From a virus, in IMG/VR virus record IMGVR_UViG_3300025626_000015, positions 1 to 64,000 of that record: a stretch of 64,000 nucleotides of DNA. The stretch is one strand, 5' to 3'. Of the stretch, positions 47,917 to 57,929 are shown one piece after another (position 1 is the stretch's first letter; each line of letters opens with the position of its first letter). Below the pieces are notes generated by a model. That model had not been told where the DNA came from and made no database searches. It saw only the letters and a list, made by a program, of their open reading frames with translations. Both the position numbers and the translations under genes were made by a program.

Positions 47917-48293
47917 AACATATTTTTATTATAATATTATTATGGCCATTAGTTAATTTTAGCCAAATGCCAGATACTTGTTTTACTGAAAATGAAATTA
48001 TCGAAATTTCAGAAACATTGGATTCATTATATTATTTAGATTCAATTAACACTGAAATTATTTCACAACAAGAAGCATTAATATCTGAATTAGAAAGTAT
48101 AATAATATTAGATTCTGTTGAAATAATGTATATAAATCATAAATCAAAATTATTAAATGATAATATTGAATTATATATCGAACGTGAAAAATATTTAAAA
48201 CCTAAATGGTATGATAATAAATTTATATGGTTTAGTAGCGGAATATTAACAGCGGTATTAACAGGAAAGATGATAGTCGAAGTAGTACAATAG
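47913..48293 (+). CDS. exported protein with C-terminal membrane anchor
   Basis: Signal peptide, coiled coil, KWY...WF..G.L TM segment. Confidence 0.55.
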   Translation: MKHIFIIILLWPLVNFSQMPDTCFTENEIIEISETLDSLYYLDSINTEIISQQEALISELESIIILDSVEIMYINHKSKLLNDNIELYIEREKYLKPKWYDNKFIWFSSGILTAVLTGKMIVEVVQ

Positions 48294-49873
48294 TGAGTAA
48301 TAAACAAAATATAAAGCAAATAATACAGGAACAGTTTAAAAAATGTGCTGAAGATCCTGTTTATTTTATGCGTCAATATTGTTATATTCAACATCCTACT
48401 AAAGGAAAAATTAAATTTAATTTATTTCCATTTCAAGAAGAATCATTAACTACATTACAGAATAATAGATACAATGTTATTTTAAAATCAAGACAATTAG
48501 GTATATCAACACTATCAGCTGGATATGCTTTATGGTCAATGTTATTTAATGAAGATTTCAACGTATTAGTTATTGCCACTACCCAAGATGTAGCTAAAAA
48601 CTTAGTGAGTAAAGTTCAAATAATGAATGAAAACTTGCCAAGTTGGTTAAAAACAAATATAGTTACAAATAATAAATTATCATTAAAATTTGCAAATGGC
48701 TCTCAAATCAAAGCAATATCAAGTGCTTCAACAGGTGCACGATCGGAAGCATTATCACTATTAATAGTTGATGAAGCTGCATTTATTAGAAATATTGAAG
48801 AAATATGGGTAGCTTCTCAAGCAACATTATCTACTGGTGGAGGAGCTATAGTATTGTCTACTCCAAATGGTATTGGTAATTGGTTTCATCAAACATGGGC
48901 AGATGCTGAAACAGGAGTTAATGGGTTTGAAACAATTAAATTAGATTGGAAATTACATCCAGAGCGTGATCAATTATGGAGAGATGAGCAAACACAATTA
49001 TTAGGTGAGCGTGGAGCAGCACAAGAATGTGATTGTGATTTTATTTCATCTGGACATACTGTAGTAGATGGATTAATTTTACAAGAGTATGAATCAAAAT
49101 GTATAGAGCCAATTGAAAAGCGTGGTTATGATAATTCATATTGGATATGGGAGTATCCAGATTATTCAAAAGATTATTTAGTAGTAGCGGATGTTGCTAG
49201 GGGAGATGGAGCTGACTGGTCTGCATTTCATGTAATTGAAGTTCAATCAATAAAACAAGTTGCTGAATATAAAGGAAAAATTCCTCCTAAAGACTTTGGC
49301 AATATGTTAGTTACCGTTGCAACAGAATGGAATAATGCATTATTAGCTATTGAAAATGCTAATATAGGATGGGCTGCAATACAACCAGCATTAGATAGAA
49401 GTTATGAAAATTTATTTTATACATATAAAGACGATGGATATGTAGATTTAGATATACAACTTCGAAAAGGATATGATCAAAAAGATAAATCACAAATGGT
49501 ACCAGGAGTTTCAACAACGTCAAGAACAAGACCATTAATGATATCAGCATTAGAAATGTATATGCGAGAAAAAAGTCCCGTTATACATTCAAAAAGATTA
49601 ATACAAGAATTATTTGTTTTCGTTTGGTTAAATAGTAAACCTCAAGCACAAATAGGTTATAACGATGATTTAGTTATGAGTTTTGCAATTGCATTATGGT
49701 TACGAGATACTAGTTTAAAATTAAGACAACAAGGAATTGAATTAAATAAACGAGCTTTATCACAATTTCAAAAAACAGATACTACTATATATACTAACAA
49801 AGATAAGAATCCTAATGATACTTGGGATTGGAATAATGGTCAAGATAACGAAAATTTAACATGGCTTCTGTAG
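48293..49873 (+). CDS. terL: terminase large subunit (T4 gp17-like)
   Basis: LFPFQ, KSRQLGIST, LIVDEAAF, STPNG, ADVARG.G.D.S, DDLVM. Confidence 0.95.
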   Translation: MSNKQNIKQIIQEQFKKCAEDPVYFMRQYCYIQHPTKGKIKFNLFPFQEESLTTLQNNRYNVILKSRQLGISTLSAGYALWSMLFNEDFNVLVIATTQDVAKNLVSKVQIMNENLPSWLKTNIVTNNKLSLKFANGSQIKAISSASTGARSEALSLLIVDEAAFIRNIEEIWVASQATLSTGGGAIVLSTPNGIGNWFHQTWADAETGVNGFETIKLDWKLHPERDQLWRDEQTQLLGERGAAQECDCDFISSGHTVVDGLILQEYESKCIEPIEKRGYDNSYWIWEYPDYSKDYLVVADVARGDGADWSAFHVIEVQSIKQVAEYKGKIPPKDFGNMLVTVATEWNNALLAIENANIGWAAIQPALDRSYENLFYTYKDDGYVDLDIQLRKGYDQKDKSQMVPGVSTTSRTRPLMISALEMYMREKSPVIHSKRLIQELFVFVWLNSKPQAQIGYNDDLVMSFAIALWLRDTSLKLRQQGIELNKRALSQFQKTDTTIYTNKDKNPNDTWDWNNGQDNENLTWLL

Positions 49874-49908
49874 TTAGTTATATTTATAATAAATTAAAAG
49901 AATAGATT

Positions 49909-51705
49909 ATGGCATCATTAAGAAAACGTTTGCAAAGATTATTTAGTACAAATGTAATCGTTAGAAAATATGGTAAAGATAAATTACGAGTTGTTGATAC
50001 AAATCGATTACAATCAACTGGTAATATAGCACAAAGTAAAATTACTGATCGATATTCAAGATTACATGGAAGTAACAGACATGGATATGGGTCATACGGT
50101 TCTGCTTATGGTGGATATGATGCAAATTATTATTCTCAACAAAACAGAAAACAATTATATGTTGATTATGAAATGATGGATAAAGATCCTATTATTTCAT
50201 CAGCGTTAGATATATATGCAGATGAATCTACATTAGAAGATCAATTTGGAGATATATTAACAATTAAAACAAATAAAACTAATATTCAAAAAATATTATA
50301 TAATTTATTTTATGATGTATTAAACATAGAATTTAATATGTGGCCATGGGTTCGTAATCTTGCTAAATATGGCGACTTCTTTTTGAAACTAGACGTGTCA
50401 GACGAAATTGGAATCATAAACGCAAGACCATTATCAGCATATGAAGTTGAAAGAATGGAAGAATTTAATCAAGAGTCTGGAGAATATAATATTAAATTTC
50501 AACATAATCTGTCAGATAATACAGTATATGATGTATTTGAATTAGCACATTTTAGAATGATATCAGATTCTAACTTTTTGCCGTATGGTAGATCAATGTT
50601 AGAAGGAGCTAGACAAGAATTTCAAAAATTAATGATGTTAGAAGATGCAATGTTAATTCATAGAATAATGCGTGCACCTGAAAAAAGAGTTTTTAAAATT
50701 GATATTGGTAATATTCCGCCAAATGAAGTTGATTCGTTTATGGAACAAATTGTTAATAAAATGAAAAAAGTTCCTTATGTCGACAAAAATACAGGAAATT
50801 ATAATTTAAAATTTAATTTAAATAACATGTTAGAAGATTATTATCTTCCAGTAAGAGGAGGAAATAGTCAAACACAAATAGATACATTACCAGGAATGAC
50901 TTTTACTGGTATCGAAGATATTGAATATGTTAAACATAAAATGATGGCTGCTTTAAAAATTCCAAAGCCATTTTTAGGATATGACGAAGGGGTTGAAGGA
51001 AAAACTACATTAGCTTCCATGGATATTAGATTTGCTAGAACAATTGAAAGAATTCAAAAAATTATTTGTTCTGAATTATCTAAAATTGCAATAGTTCATT
51101 TATATGCACAAGGGTTTGAAGGAGAAGATTTAATTGGTTTCGAATTATCATTAACACCTCCATCAATTATTTATGATCAACAAAAAGTTGCATTAATGAA
51201 TGAAAAAATTCAATTGGCTGTTGCAATGAAAGATTCTAAATTAGTTTCTGATAAATATGTTTACGAGTATATATTTAATATGTCTGAAGATGAATGGTTA
51301 GAAGAAAGAAATAATGTTGTAGAAGATTTAAAATTGAGATTTAGACAAAATCAAATTGAACAAGAAGGAAATGATCCTACCTTAACAGGCATATCATATG
51401 GTACACCACACGATTTAGCTTCAATGCATCAAAGCACTGATGACGTTATAGACACTGATAAAGGAGGACGTCCTCCAGAAGGAATAAAATATGGTCAACA
51501 TGCGAATGAATTAGGATGGGATCCAACTGGTGCAAAATCATTGAAACAAGCTAGCACGTTTCAGCCTCATACAAAAAAACGTACAAAAACTGAAAATGTT
51601 GAAATTCTTAAAAAAATTAAACAAAATAGATCTAAAATATTATTTGAAACTAAAAAAGAAACCGATGATACGGGGTCAATGTTGGATGAAAATAATATTT
51701 TATAA
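49909..51705 (+). CDS. portal protein (T4 gp20-like)
   Basis: EDAMLIHRIMRAPEKRVFKIDIGN, LEDYYLPVRGG...IDTLPG. Confidence 0.95.
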   Translation: MASLRKRLQRLFSTNVIVRKYGKDKLRVVDTNRLQSTGNIAQSKITDRYSRLHGSNRHGYGSYGSAYGGYDANYYSQQNRKQLYVDYEMMDKDPIISSALDIYADESTLEDQFGDILTIKTNKTNIQKILYNLFYDVLNIEFNMWPWVRNLAKYGDFFLKLDVSDEIGIINARPLSAYEVERMEEFNQESGEYNIKFQHNLSDNTVYDVFELAHFRMISDSNFLPYGRSMLEGARQEFQKLMMLEDAMLIHRIMRAPEKRVFKIDIGNIPPNEVDSFMEQIVNKMKKVPYVDKNTGNYNLKFNLNNMLEDYYLPVRGGNSQTQIDTLPGMTFTGIEDIEYVKHKMMAALKIPKPFLGYDEGVEGKTTLASMDIRFARTIERIQKIICSELSKIAIVHLYAQGFEGEDLIGFELSLTPPSIIYDQQKVALMNEKIQLAVAMKDSKLVSDKYVYEYIFNMSEDEWLEERNNVVEDLKLRFRQNQIEQEGNDPTLTGISYGTPHDLASMHQSTDDVIDTDKGGRPPEGIKYGQHANELGWDPTGAKSLKQASTFQPHTKKRTKTENVEILKKIKQNRSKILFETKKETDDTGSMLDENNIL

Positions 51706-51743
51706 ACATTACTATATTTATATGAAAGAACTTGTGTATTAAC

Positions 51744-52598
51744 ATGAAAAACCTTAAACATTCAAAGTATAAAAATACGGCTATTCTTTTTGAAATGTTA
51801 GTCAGAAAACTTACATCAGAAACTTTGACTTCTGACAAAACAGTTACTGTTGAAATAATTAAAAAGTATTTTGGTAAAAATACTGCATTATCAAAAGAAT
51901 TACAATTATATAATGCATTAATAAAAGAAACATTAAAAACAGAAGCTCAAGCTTTAGATTATATAAGAAGTTGCAAAGTTACTCATAGTAAACTTAATAA
52001 AGGATTATTACGTAGACAACGTTATAATCTAGTTAAAGAAATTTCAGAAAATTTTGATTTTCAAAAAGTATCAAAAATTAGAATAAATAATTATAAAGAA
52101 CTAGCTTCTATATATAAATTATTTGAATATAGCGAAGCTGATAATCCAAAGGATTTATTAGAGTCAAAAACTGCTATTGTAGATCATTTATTAGGAAATA
52201 TAGAACAATCGCTTAAACTAAGTCCATTATTAGAAAAATATAAAGGATATGATACAGATGTTAGAATGTTATCATATAAGTTATTAGTAGATAAATTTAA
52301 TTCAAAATATTCTGGATTAGATGAAAATCAAAAAAAAGTATTAAATAAATATATTACACACGTTAATGATTCCGAATCAGTAAAACAATATTTTGAAAAA
52401 ATTATTCCTGGAATTAAAAAAGAACTAAAAGAGCAAGTATCATCAATATCAGATAAAGCAACAAAAATAAAAGTTGATAAATTATCTGAAATGCTTTGTA
52501 ACGTAGAAACAATTAAAATAATAAAAGAATCTCATGTTTTAACTATATTGAGATATTTTGATTTAATTAAAGAATTAAAACAGGTCAATTCAAAATGA
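51744..52598 (+). CDS. head-assembly-region hypothetical protein
   Basis: Between portal and protease; KHSKYKNT.ILFE.L. Confidence 0.65.
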   Translation: MKNLKHSKYKNTAILFEMLVRKLTSETLTSDKTVTVEIIKKYFGKNTALSKELQLYNALIKETLKTEAQALDYIRSCKVTHSKLNKGLLRRQRYNLVKEISENFDFQKVSKIRINNYKELASIYKLFEYSEADNPKDLLESKTAIVDHLLGNIEQSLKLSPLLEKYKGYDTDVRMLSYKLLVDKFNSKYSGLDENQKKVLNKYITHVNDSESVKQYFEKIIPGIKKELKEQVSSISDKATKIKVDKLSEMLCNVETIKIIKESHVLTILRYFDLIKELKQVNSK

Positions 52599-53299
52599 AA
52601 TCATTTTTAAAAGAAATCGAATCTAAGTTTCAAGAAATAAACGAAAAAGATTGGGATGGCGACGGCGAACAAGAATCTGCTAGCGATGAATATATGGGCG
52701 TTAAAGATAAAGCTATAAAAAAAGCAATGAAGAAAGAAAACGCAAAACCAGACTTTTTAGATTTAGACAATGATGGTGACACTGAAGAAGATATGAAAGA
52801 TGCTGCTGCAGCTAACGAAGCTATTGTAGCAAAAGATGAGATTGAATTAGAAAAATTATCAAAAGACCCAAAATTCAAAGATCAAGATATTAAATTAGCA
52901 GAAGCAGATATAGAAGAACAAAATGTAACCGGAGCAATAGCCGGCTATCAGACACCAAATGCATTTTCAACAAAAGCACAAGCAAAAAAGAAAAAGCAAA
53001 TGAAATATGAGTCTGTACAAAAAGCACTTGACAAAAAATATGAAGCAATGATTGAATCATATTCTAGATTTGCAACAAGTAATCCAAAATCAACTCCATC
53101 TCAAACTGTTAATGGCACAATTAAAGAAGTAGCAAAAAAATTACAAGAAATAGAGCAATTAGTTAAATATACATCTAGATTAAAAACAGAATCTGGAATT
53201 GCCGGATCATCATATGGAAAGTCTACTCATAATGCATTATCAAAAATTTCTGAACGATTATTAAAAATATCAGAACGAGTAAGAAGTTTAGGAGAATAA
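52595..53299 (+). CDS. putative prohead core/internal protein
   Basis: Multiple x-x-E sites; DWDGDGEQE and DLDNDGDTEE DxDxDG loops. Confidence 0.6.
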   Translation: MKSFLKEIESKFQEINEKDWDGDGEQESASDEYMGVKDKAIKKAMKKENAKPDFLDLDNDGDTEEDMKDAAAANEAIVAKDEIELEKLSKDPKFKDQDIKLAEADIEEQNVTGAIAGYQTPNAFSTKAQAKKKKQMKYESVQKALDKKYEAMIESYSRFATSNPKSTPSQTVNGTIKEVAKKLQEIEQLVKYTSRLKTESGIAGSSYGKSTHNALSKISERLLKISERVRSLGE

Positions 53300-53300
53300 T

Positions 53301-53924
53301 ATGAGTAAGAATTTATTATTAGAATATATACCATTTAAGCCTATCGGCCCTGTTAATGAGCAAATGGCTTCACAATTTGGAGTTCCTGGCGGATTAGTAG
53401 TACAAGGGGTATTACAACGAGCAGGAGCTAAGAATCAAAACGGAAGAGTATATCCTAAACATATATTAGATAGAGAAGCTAAAAAATATCAAAAAGAATA
53501 TATTGATCAAAATAGAGCATTAGGGGAATTAGATCATCCTGAATCTTCTGTTGTTAATTTAAATAACGTTTCTCATAACATTTTAAAAATGTGGTGGGAT
53601 AAAGATGATTTAATGGGAGCCGTACAAATATTAGAAACACCAGCTGGAAAAATATTAAAATCATTATTCGATGCTGGTATTACATTAGGAATATCTAGTA
53701 GAGGATTAGGCTCAGTAAAAGAATTATATAAAGAATCTGCAGTAGAAGTGCAGGAAGATTTTGAATTAATTTGTTTTGATTTTGTTTCAAATCCTTCAAC
53801 CCATGGAGCATTTTTAAGACCAATGAATGAATCAGTAAACAAATCAACAAAAGATTATAAAAAAGTAAATGATATTATTACATCAATATTATGTGATAGT
53901 GGAAAATGTAGGATTTTACCATGA
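53301..53924 (+). CDS. prohead protease (T4 gp21-like)
   Basis: KNQNGRVYP, ALGELDHP, VSH, GISSRGLGS, DFVSNPS. Confidence 0.93.
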   Translation: MSKNLLLEYIPFKPIGPVNEQMASQFGVPGGLVVQGVLQRAGAKNQNGRVYPKHILDREAKKYQKEYIDQNRALGELDHPESSVVNLNNVSHNILKMWWDKDDLMGAVQILETPAGKILKSLFDAGITLGISSRGLGSVKELYKESAVEVQEDFELICFDFVSNPSTHGAFLRPMNESVNKSTKDYKKVNDIITSILCDSGKCRILP

Positions 53925-54286
53925 AATTTAAAGAAATATTAGAAGCATTAGAAAGAGAACCTGTAAAAGTAACAACTGAACAAAAGCGTGAATTTGTAGA
54001 AGCTGTAAAAGGATATTCACAATTAGGTGAATCTGTATATGGTAAAGGAGATCTTCAAGAATTATGCGAACGTGTTAAATATATGGTAGAAATGGCTCAG
54101 CAAGTAACATTATCAGAAGGAGATTGGTTTGACGGCATTACAGTTAACAGACACATGAAAGGCCTTAATGAATCATATAAAGTTTTTGAGAAAACTGCAA
54201 AAGAAATTTCACAGCTACAAGAAAGACTTTCTGCTTCATATGAAGATATTGGACAAGGATTAAATAAATATTTTGATGTAAATTAA
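53921..54286 (+). CDS. hypothetical head-region protein
   Basis: MKFKEILE N-terminus; helical. Confidence 0.65.
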   Translation: MKFKEILEALEREPVKVTTEQKREFVEAVKGYSQLGESVYGKGDLQELCERVKYMVEMAQQVTLSEGDWFDGITVNRHMKGLNESYKVFEKTAKEISQLQERLSASYEDIGQGLNKYFDVN

Positions 54287-54287
54287 T

Positions 54288-54316
54288 TTTGAACTTATAA
54301 AATAAATTATTATAAT
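54288..54316 (+). promoter_or_regulatory. sigma70-like promoter
   Basis: TTTGAA-17 bp-TATAAT. Confidence 0.65.
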
Positions 54317-54327
54317 AAAGGAAATAG

Positions 54328-54699
54328 ATGTCAAACATTGATAACATGTATCATCAATATTTTGGAATGAAATCTCAAACTAATGAAGCTGATTTAATTA
54401 ATAAAATATCAGACTACAAAGGAGGATTTCTTTATAAATTAATTGATCCAGCAACAGCAGGAAATGTAAAAGCTGATATACAAGCATTTTTAAATAAAAA
54501 AGGAATGCATGTTATTAAAACTAAATTTGACGATGCATCTGGAAAAGGATTTTTTTATGTTAGATTAGGAGAAGATCCTGCAAAAGAATCTCAACGAATT
54601 CAAGGATTCATAAGTCAATTACCAGAAGTAGAAAAATTTAAGTTTACATTACGACCAATACAAAAACAACAAGTTACACCAAATCCTTCAAATGAATAA
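54328..54699 (+). CDS. hypothetical protein
   Basis: 123-aa ORF upstream of bS21. Confidence 0.65.
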   Translation: MSNIDNMYHQYFGMKSQTNEADLINKISDYKGGFLYKLIDPATAGNVKADIQAFLNKKGMHVIKTKFDDASGKGFFYVRLGEDPAKESQRIQGFISQLPEVEKFKFTLRPIQKQQVTPNPSNE

Positions 54700-54928
54700 A
54701 CAAATAAAACATCACAAATCTATAGTACCAGGCAAATCAAATTCAACTAAAGTTATTAACAAAGATATAAACTTTGCATTAAGACTTTGGAAGAAACAAT
54801 TAAAATCATCAGATTCAATTGATAAATTAAAATCTTTAAAAGAATTTGAAAAACCTAGTATCACTAAAAGACGACAAAAACAAGCAGCTATATATAAACA
54901 AAAAATATCTGATATGTATTCTGACTAA
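54692..54928 (+). CDS. rpsU: ribosomal protein bS21 (phage-encoded)
   Basis: V...DINFALRLWKKQ......LK..KEFEKPS..KRR.K..A. Confidence 0.85.
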   Translation: MNKQIKHHKSIVPGKSNSTKVINKDINFALRLWKKQLKSSDSIDKLKSLKEFEKPSITKRRQKQAAIYKQKISDMYSD

Positions 54929-54954
54929 TACATTAATGTATTAATATATTTAAT

Positions 54955-54983
54955 AAGGTCCTGATTAAGTTCAGGACCTTTTT
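54955..54983 (+). terminator. intrinsic terminator
   Basis: AAGGTCCTGA-TTAAGT-TCAGGACCTT followed by a T run. Confidence 0.85.
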
Positions 54984-55113
54984 ACTGTTTTTTAACTTCA
55001 TCTATATTTATAGTAAATACATTATCTCTATATATAATGTCAATATAATCAATTATTCTATTAAGATTACAAATAATCTTATTTCCAAAATAAAAATTTA
55101 AGGAGAACAAGTA

Positions 55114-56148
55114 ATGAACGGGAAATCGGACTTACTAAAAGAAGCAATTGCAGATGCCAAAGCCGTTAAGGAAACAGCATTAGCAAACGCTAAAATAGCT
55201 CTTGAAGAAGCTTTTGCTCCTAGAATCGAAGCAATGCTATCAACAAAACTTTCTGAAGATTTATACGAAGACGAAATGGAAGACGACGTCGCAGCTCCAG
55301 TAGCTGACGCACCTGTCGAAGAACATGACGTTATGTATGAGCCTGAAGCAGAAGGCGGAGAAGATATGGAAGCACCTGCACCAGAAATGGATGTTGAAAT
55401 GGATATGGAAATGCCTGCTGAAGAACCAGTAGTTGCAGATGACATGGAAATGGAAGGCATGATGTATGATGTAGATGAAGATCCATCTGATCCTAATAGT
55501 AGTGTTGAAGAAGATCTAGAATTAGAAGCAATCATAAGAGAGTTAGAAGAAGATTTAAATGAAGAAGAATTAACTGAAGATGGTCATAATAATGACGCAG
55601 CTGATTCTACAGACTCAAAAGGAAATGATTTAATGTCAGAACCAAAAGAAATGAAAAATGAAGAATTCAATATTGATGAAATCATTGAAGAAATTCTTTC
55701 GGAAGAAGACAAAGAAGAACCTAAAGAAAAAGTAGAAGAAGGTGAGCATGATGATAAAGAATCTAAAGAAAAAGTAGAAGAAATGACTGAAGAATTAACT
55801 GAAGCATATGACACTATTGAATCTTTAAGAGACACTATCAATGAAGTTAATCTTTTAAATGCAAAACTTCTTTACACGAATAAATTATTCAGAAATTTTG
55901 AATTATCAGAAAGTCAAAAAATGACAGTTATCGAAAATTTCGATAGAGCTGGTAATACAAGAGAAGTTAAATTAGTATTTAGTACATTAGCAGAAAATTT
56001 TACAGTTCCTGTAAAAAAGAGACAAATGGTAAAAGAAGGCTCAGCCTCTAAACCAGTTGAATCAACTGCACCTGTATCTAAATCAATAATCAATGAAGGT
56101 AATCAATTAGCTAACAGATGGAAGAAGTTAGCCGGATTACTAGATTAA
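55114..56148 (+). CDS. prohead scaffold/core protein (T4 gp22-like position)
   Basis: Very acidic, many L/I-x-E sites, directly upstream of the major capsid gene; C-terminal RWKKLAGL. Confidence 0.75.
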   Translation: MNGKSDLLKEAIADAKAVKETALANAKIALEEAFAPRIEAMLSTKLSEDLYEDEMEDDVAAPVADAPVEEHDVMYEPEAEGGEDMEAPAPEMDVEMDMEMPAEEPVVADDMEMEGMMYDVDEDPSDPNSSVEEDLELEAIIRELEEDLNEEELTEDGHNNDAADSTDSKGNDLMSEPKEMKNEEFNIDEIIEEILSEEDKEEPKEKVEEGEHDDKESKEKVEEMTEELTEAYDTIESLRDTINEVNLLNAKLLYTNKLFRNFELSESQKMTVIENFDRAGNTREVKLVFSTLAENFTVPVKKRQMVKEGSASKPVESTAPVSKSIINEGNQLANRWKKLAGLLD

Positions 56149-56165
56149 AAAAGGAAAATAAAAAA

Positions 56166-57827
56166 ATGGAAATTTCATCTTTATTAGAAGATAACAATCC
56201 TTCCCAAAGAAATGCAGCTAAAGCAACTGTTAATAAATGGGAAAGAACAGGACTCCTTGAAGGATTAAAAGGAGAAACTGAAAAAGCCGGAATGGCTCAG
56301 CTTCTAGAAAACCAGGCTAGACAACTTGTAAAAGAAGCGTCTGCAACTGGTACGACAGAAGGATCAGAAGAATGGGCTGGTGTAGCACTTCCATTGGTAA
56401 GAAGAATCTTTGCTGAATTTGCAGCAAAAGAATTTGTTTCTGTACAACCAATGAACTTGCCATCAGGACTAGTATTTTATTTGGATTTCAAATACGGTAC
56501 TGCACAACCAGGATTCGATGACGATAACGCAGACAGTTTAGCACAAACAGGTGATCCTTTTGGACCACAAAGTGCAGCTGATTCTATGTTTGGTATAACT
56601 ACTACCGAAAATGACCCATCAGGTGGTCTTTATGGTGCTGGTAGATTTGGATACTCAATCAATGAGATAGCAGTTACTGCTTCAGGTACTATTGGTACTG
56701 CAACATCATCATCTGTAAACTATGATTCTGCATATACTGATATATTAGCTGCCAACCCACATACGGTTGTTAGCATACCATTATCATCATTGTCTGGATC
56801 AGATACTACTGCAGTAAGATCATTTATTATTGCAACTGGTTCCGGTGGTACTGTTAATCAAGTAAGTGCATTTACAAAAGTAAACGCTGCTAAGACACAT
56901 GTTGAGTTTGTAATTACTGGTTCAAATAGCTTAAGTCCATCTGCTGGTGATTATATTGTAAAATATAGTGCTCAACCATCTGATATATCTAGAGGAGACT
57001 TTGAAGATTCAAATCCTTTCAAAGGTTCTGGTGCTGGTACAGGTATCAATAATGGTACTGATATTGACATTCCAGAAGTTAATTTAGAAATGCAATCAGA
57101 TCCTATAGTTGCTAAGACTAGAAAACTAAAGGCTGTTTGGACTCCTGAATTTGCTCAAGATTTAAATGCATACCATTCAATTGACGCTGAAGCTGAATTA
57201 ACTTCAATGTTAAGCGAATATGTATCAATGGAAATTGATCTTGAAATTTTAGATATGTTAATCAATGGTGCAGTAACAACTGAATATTGGTCAGCTGAAT
57301 CTAATCAATTCTTTTCTCCATCACAAAATAAATTTGTTGGAAAAGATGTAGCCGGTGGCGGATATTATAATACACAAGGAGAGTGGTTCCAAACTTTAGG
57401 AACTAAACTTCAAAAAGTATCTAACAAAATTCATCAAAAAACACTTAGAGGTGGTGCTAATTTCTTAGTTACTTCACCTGCTGTTGCAACTATCCTAGAA
57501 TCAATTCCTGGATTTGCTGCTGACACAGATGGTAACAAAATGGAATTTGCTGCTGGTGTTCAAAAAATTGGTGCAATCAATAATAGATACACAGTATATA
57601 AAAACCCTTACATGAAAGAGAACGTAATCCTTATGGGTTATAGAGGAGCACAATTCCTTGAAACTGGTGCAGTTTATTCACCATATGTTCCATTAATCAT
57701 GACTCCACTAGTATACGATCCTGTTAATTTCACCCCAAGAAAAGGTGTAATGACAAGATATGCTAAGAAAATGGTAAGACCAGAATTCTACGGTAAAGTA
57801 TATGTTGCTGGATTAAATTCTATTTAA
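56166..57827 (+). CDS. major capsid protein (T4 gp23-like)
   Basis: LLENQ, LPLVRR, VQPMNLPSGLVFYL, AKTRKLKA.WT.E.AQDL.A.H..DAEAEL, YSPYVPL, FTPRKGVMTRY. Probable start at ATG 56166. Confidence 0.96.
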   Translation: MEISSLLEDNNPSQRNAAKATVNKWERTGLLEGLKGETEKAGMAQLLENQARQLVKEASATGTTEGSEEWAGVALPLVRRIFAEFAAKEFVSVQPMNLPSGLVFYLDFKYGTAQPGFDDDNADSLAQTGDPFGPQSAADSMFGITTTENDPSGGLYGAGRFGYSINEIAVTASGTIGTATSSSVNYDSAYTDILAANPHTVVSIPLSSLSGSDTTAVRSFIIATGSGGTVNQVSAFTKVNAAKTHVEFVITGSNSLSPSAGDYIVKYSAQPSDISRGDFEDSNPFKGSGAGTGINNGTDIDIPEVNLEMQSDPIVAKTRKLKAVWTPEFAQDLNAYHSIDAEAELTSMLSEYVSMEIDLEILDMLINGAVTTEYWSAESNQFFSPSQNKFVGKDVAGGGYYNTQGEWFQTLGTKLQKVSNKIHQKTLRGGANFLVTSPAVATILESIPGFAADTDGNKMEFAAGVQKIGAINNRYTVYKNPYMKENVILMGYRGAQFLETGAVYSPYVPLIMTPLVYDPVNFTPRKGVMTRYAKKMVRPEFYGKVYVAGLNSI

Positions 57828-57869
57828 TAGTTAAATAACTAATTAAATTTTATTTAAACTAATATCTGG

Positions 57870-57895
57870 AAGGGATGATTTATTTCATCCCTTTC
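57870..57895 (+). terminator. intrinsic terminator after the major capsid gene
   Basis: AAGGGATGA-TTTATT-TCATCCCTT followed by a T-rich tail. Confidence 0.8.
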
Positions 57896-57929
57896 TTACT
57901 GTTTTGATATTTATAATAAAAGAAGTACT

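Noticed and set aside
55098-55535. Minus-strand ORFs (also 47568-47921, 60420-60959, 29280-29687, 42022-42417 and others)
   Set aside because: Antisense shadows of well-supported + strand genes, with no motifs or promoters.
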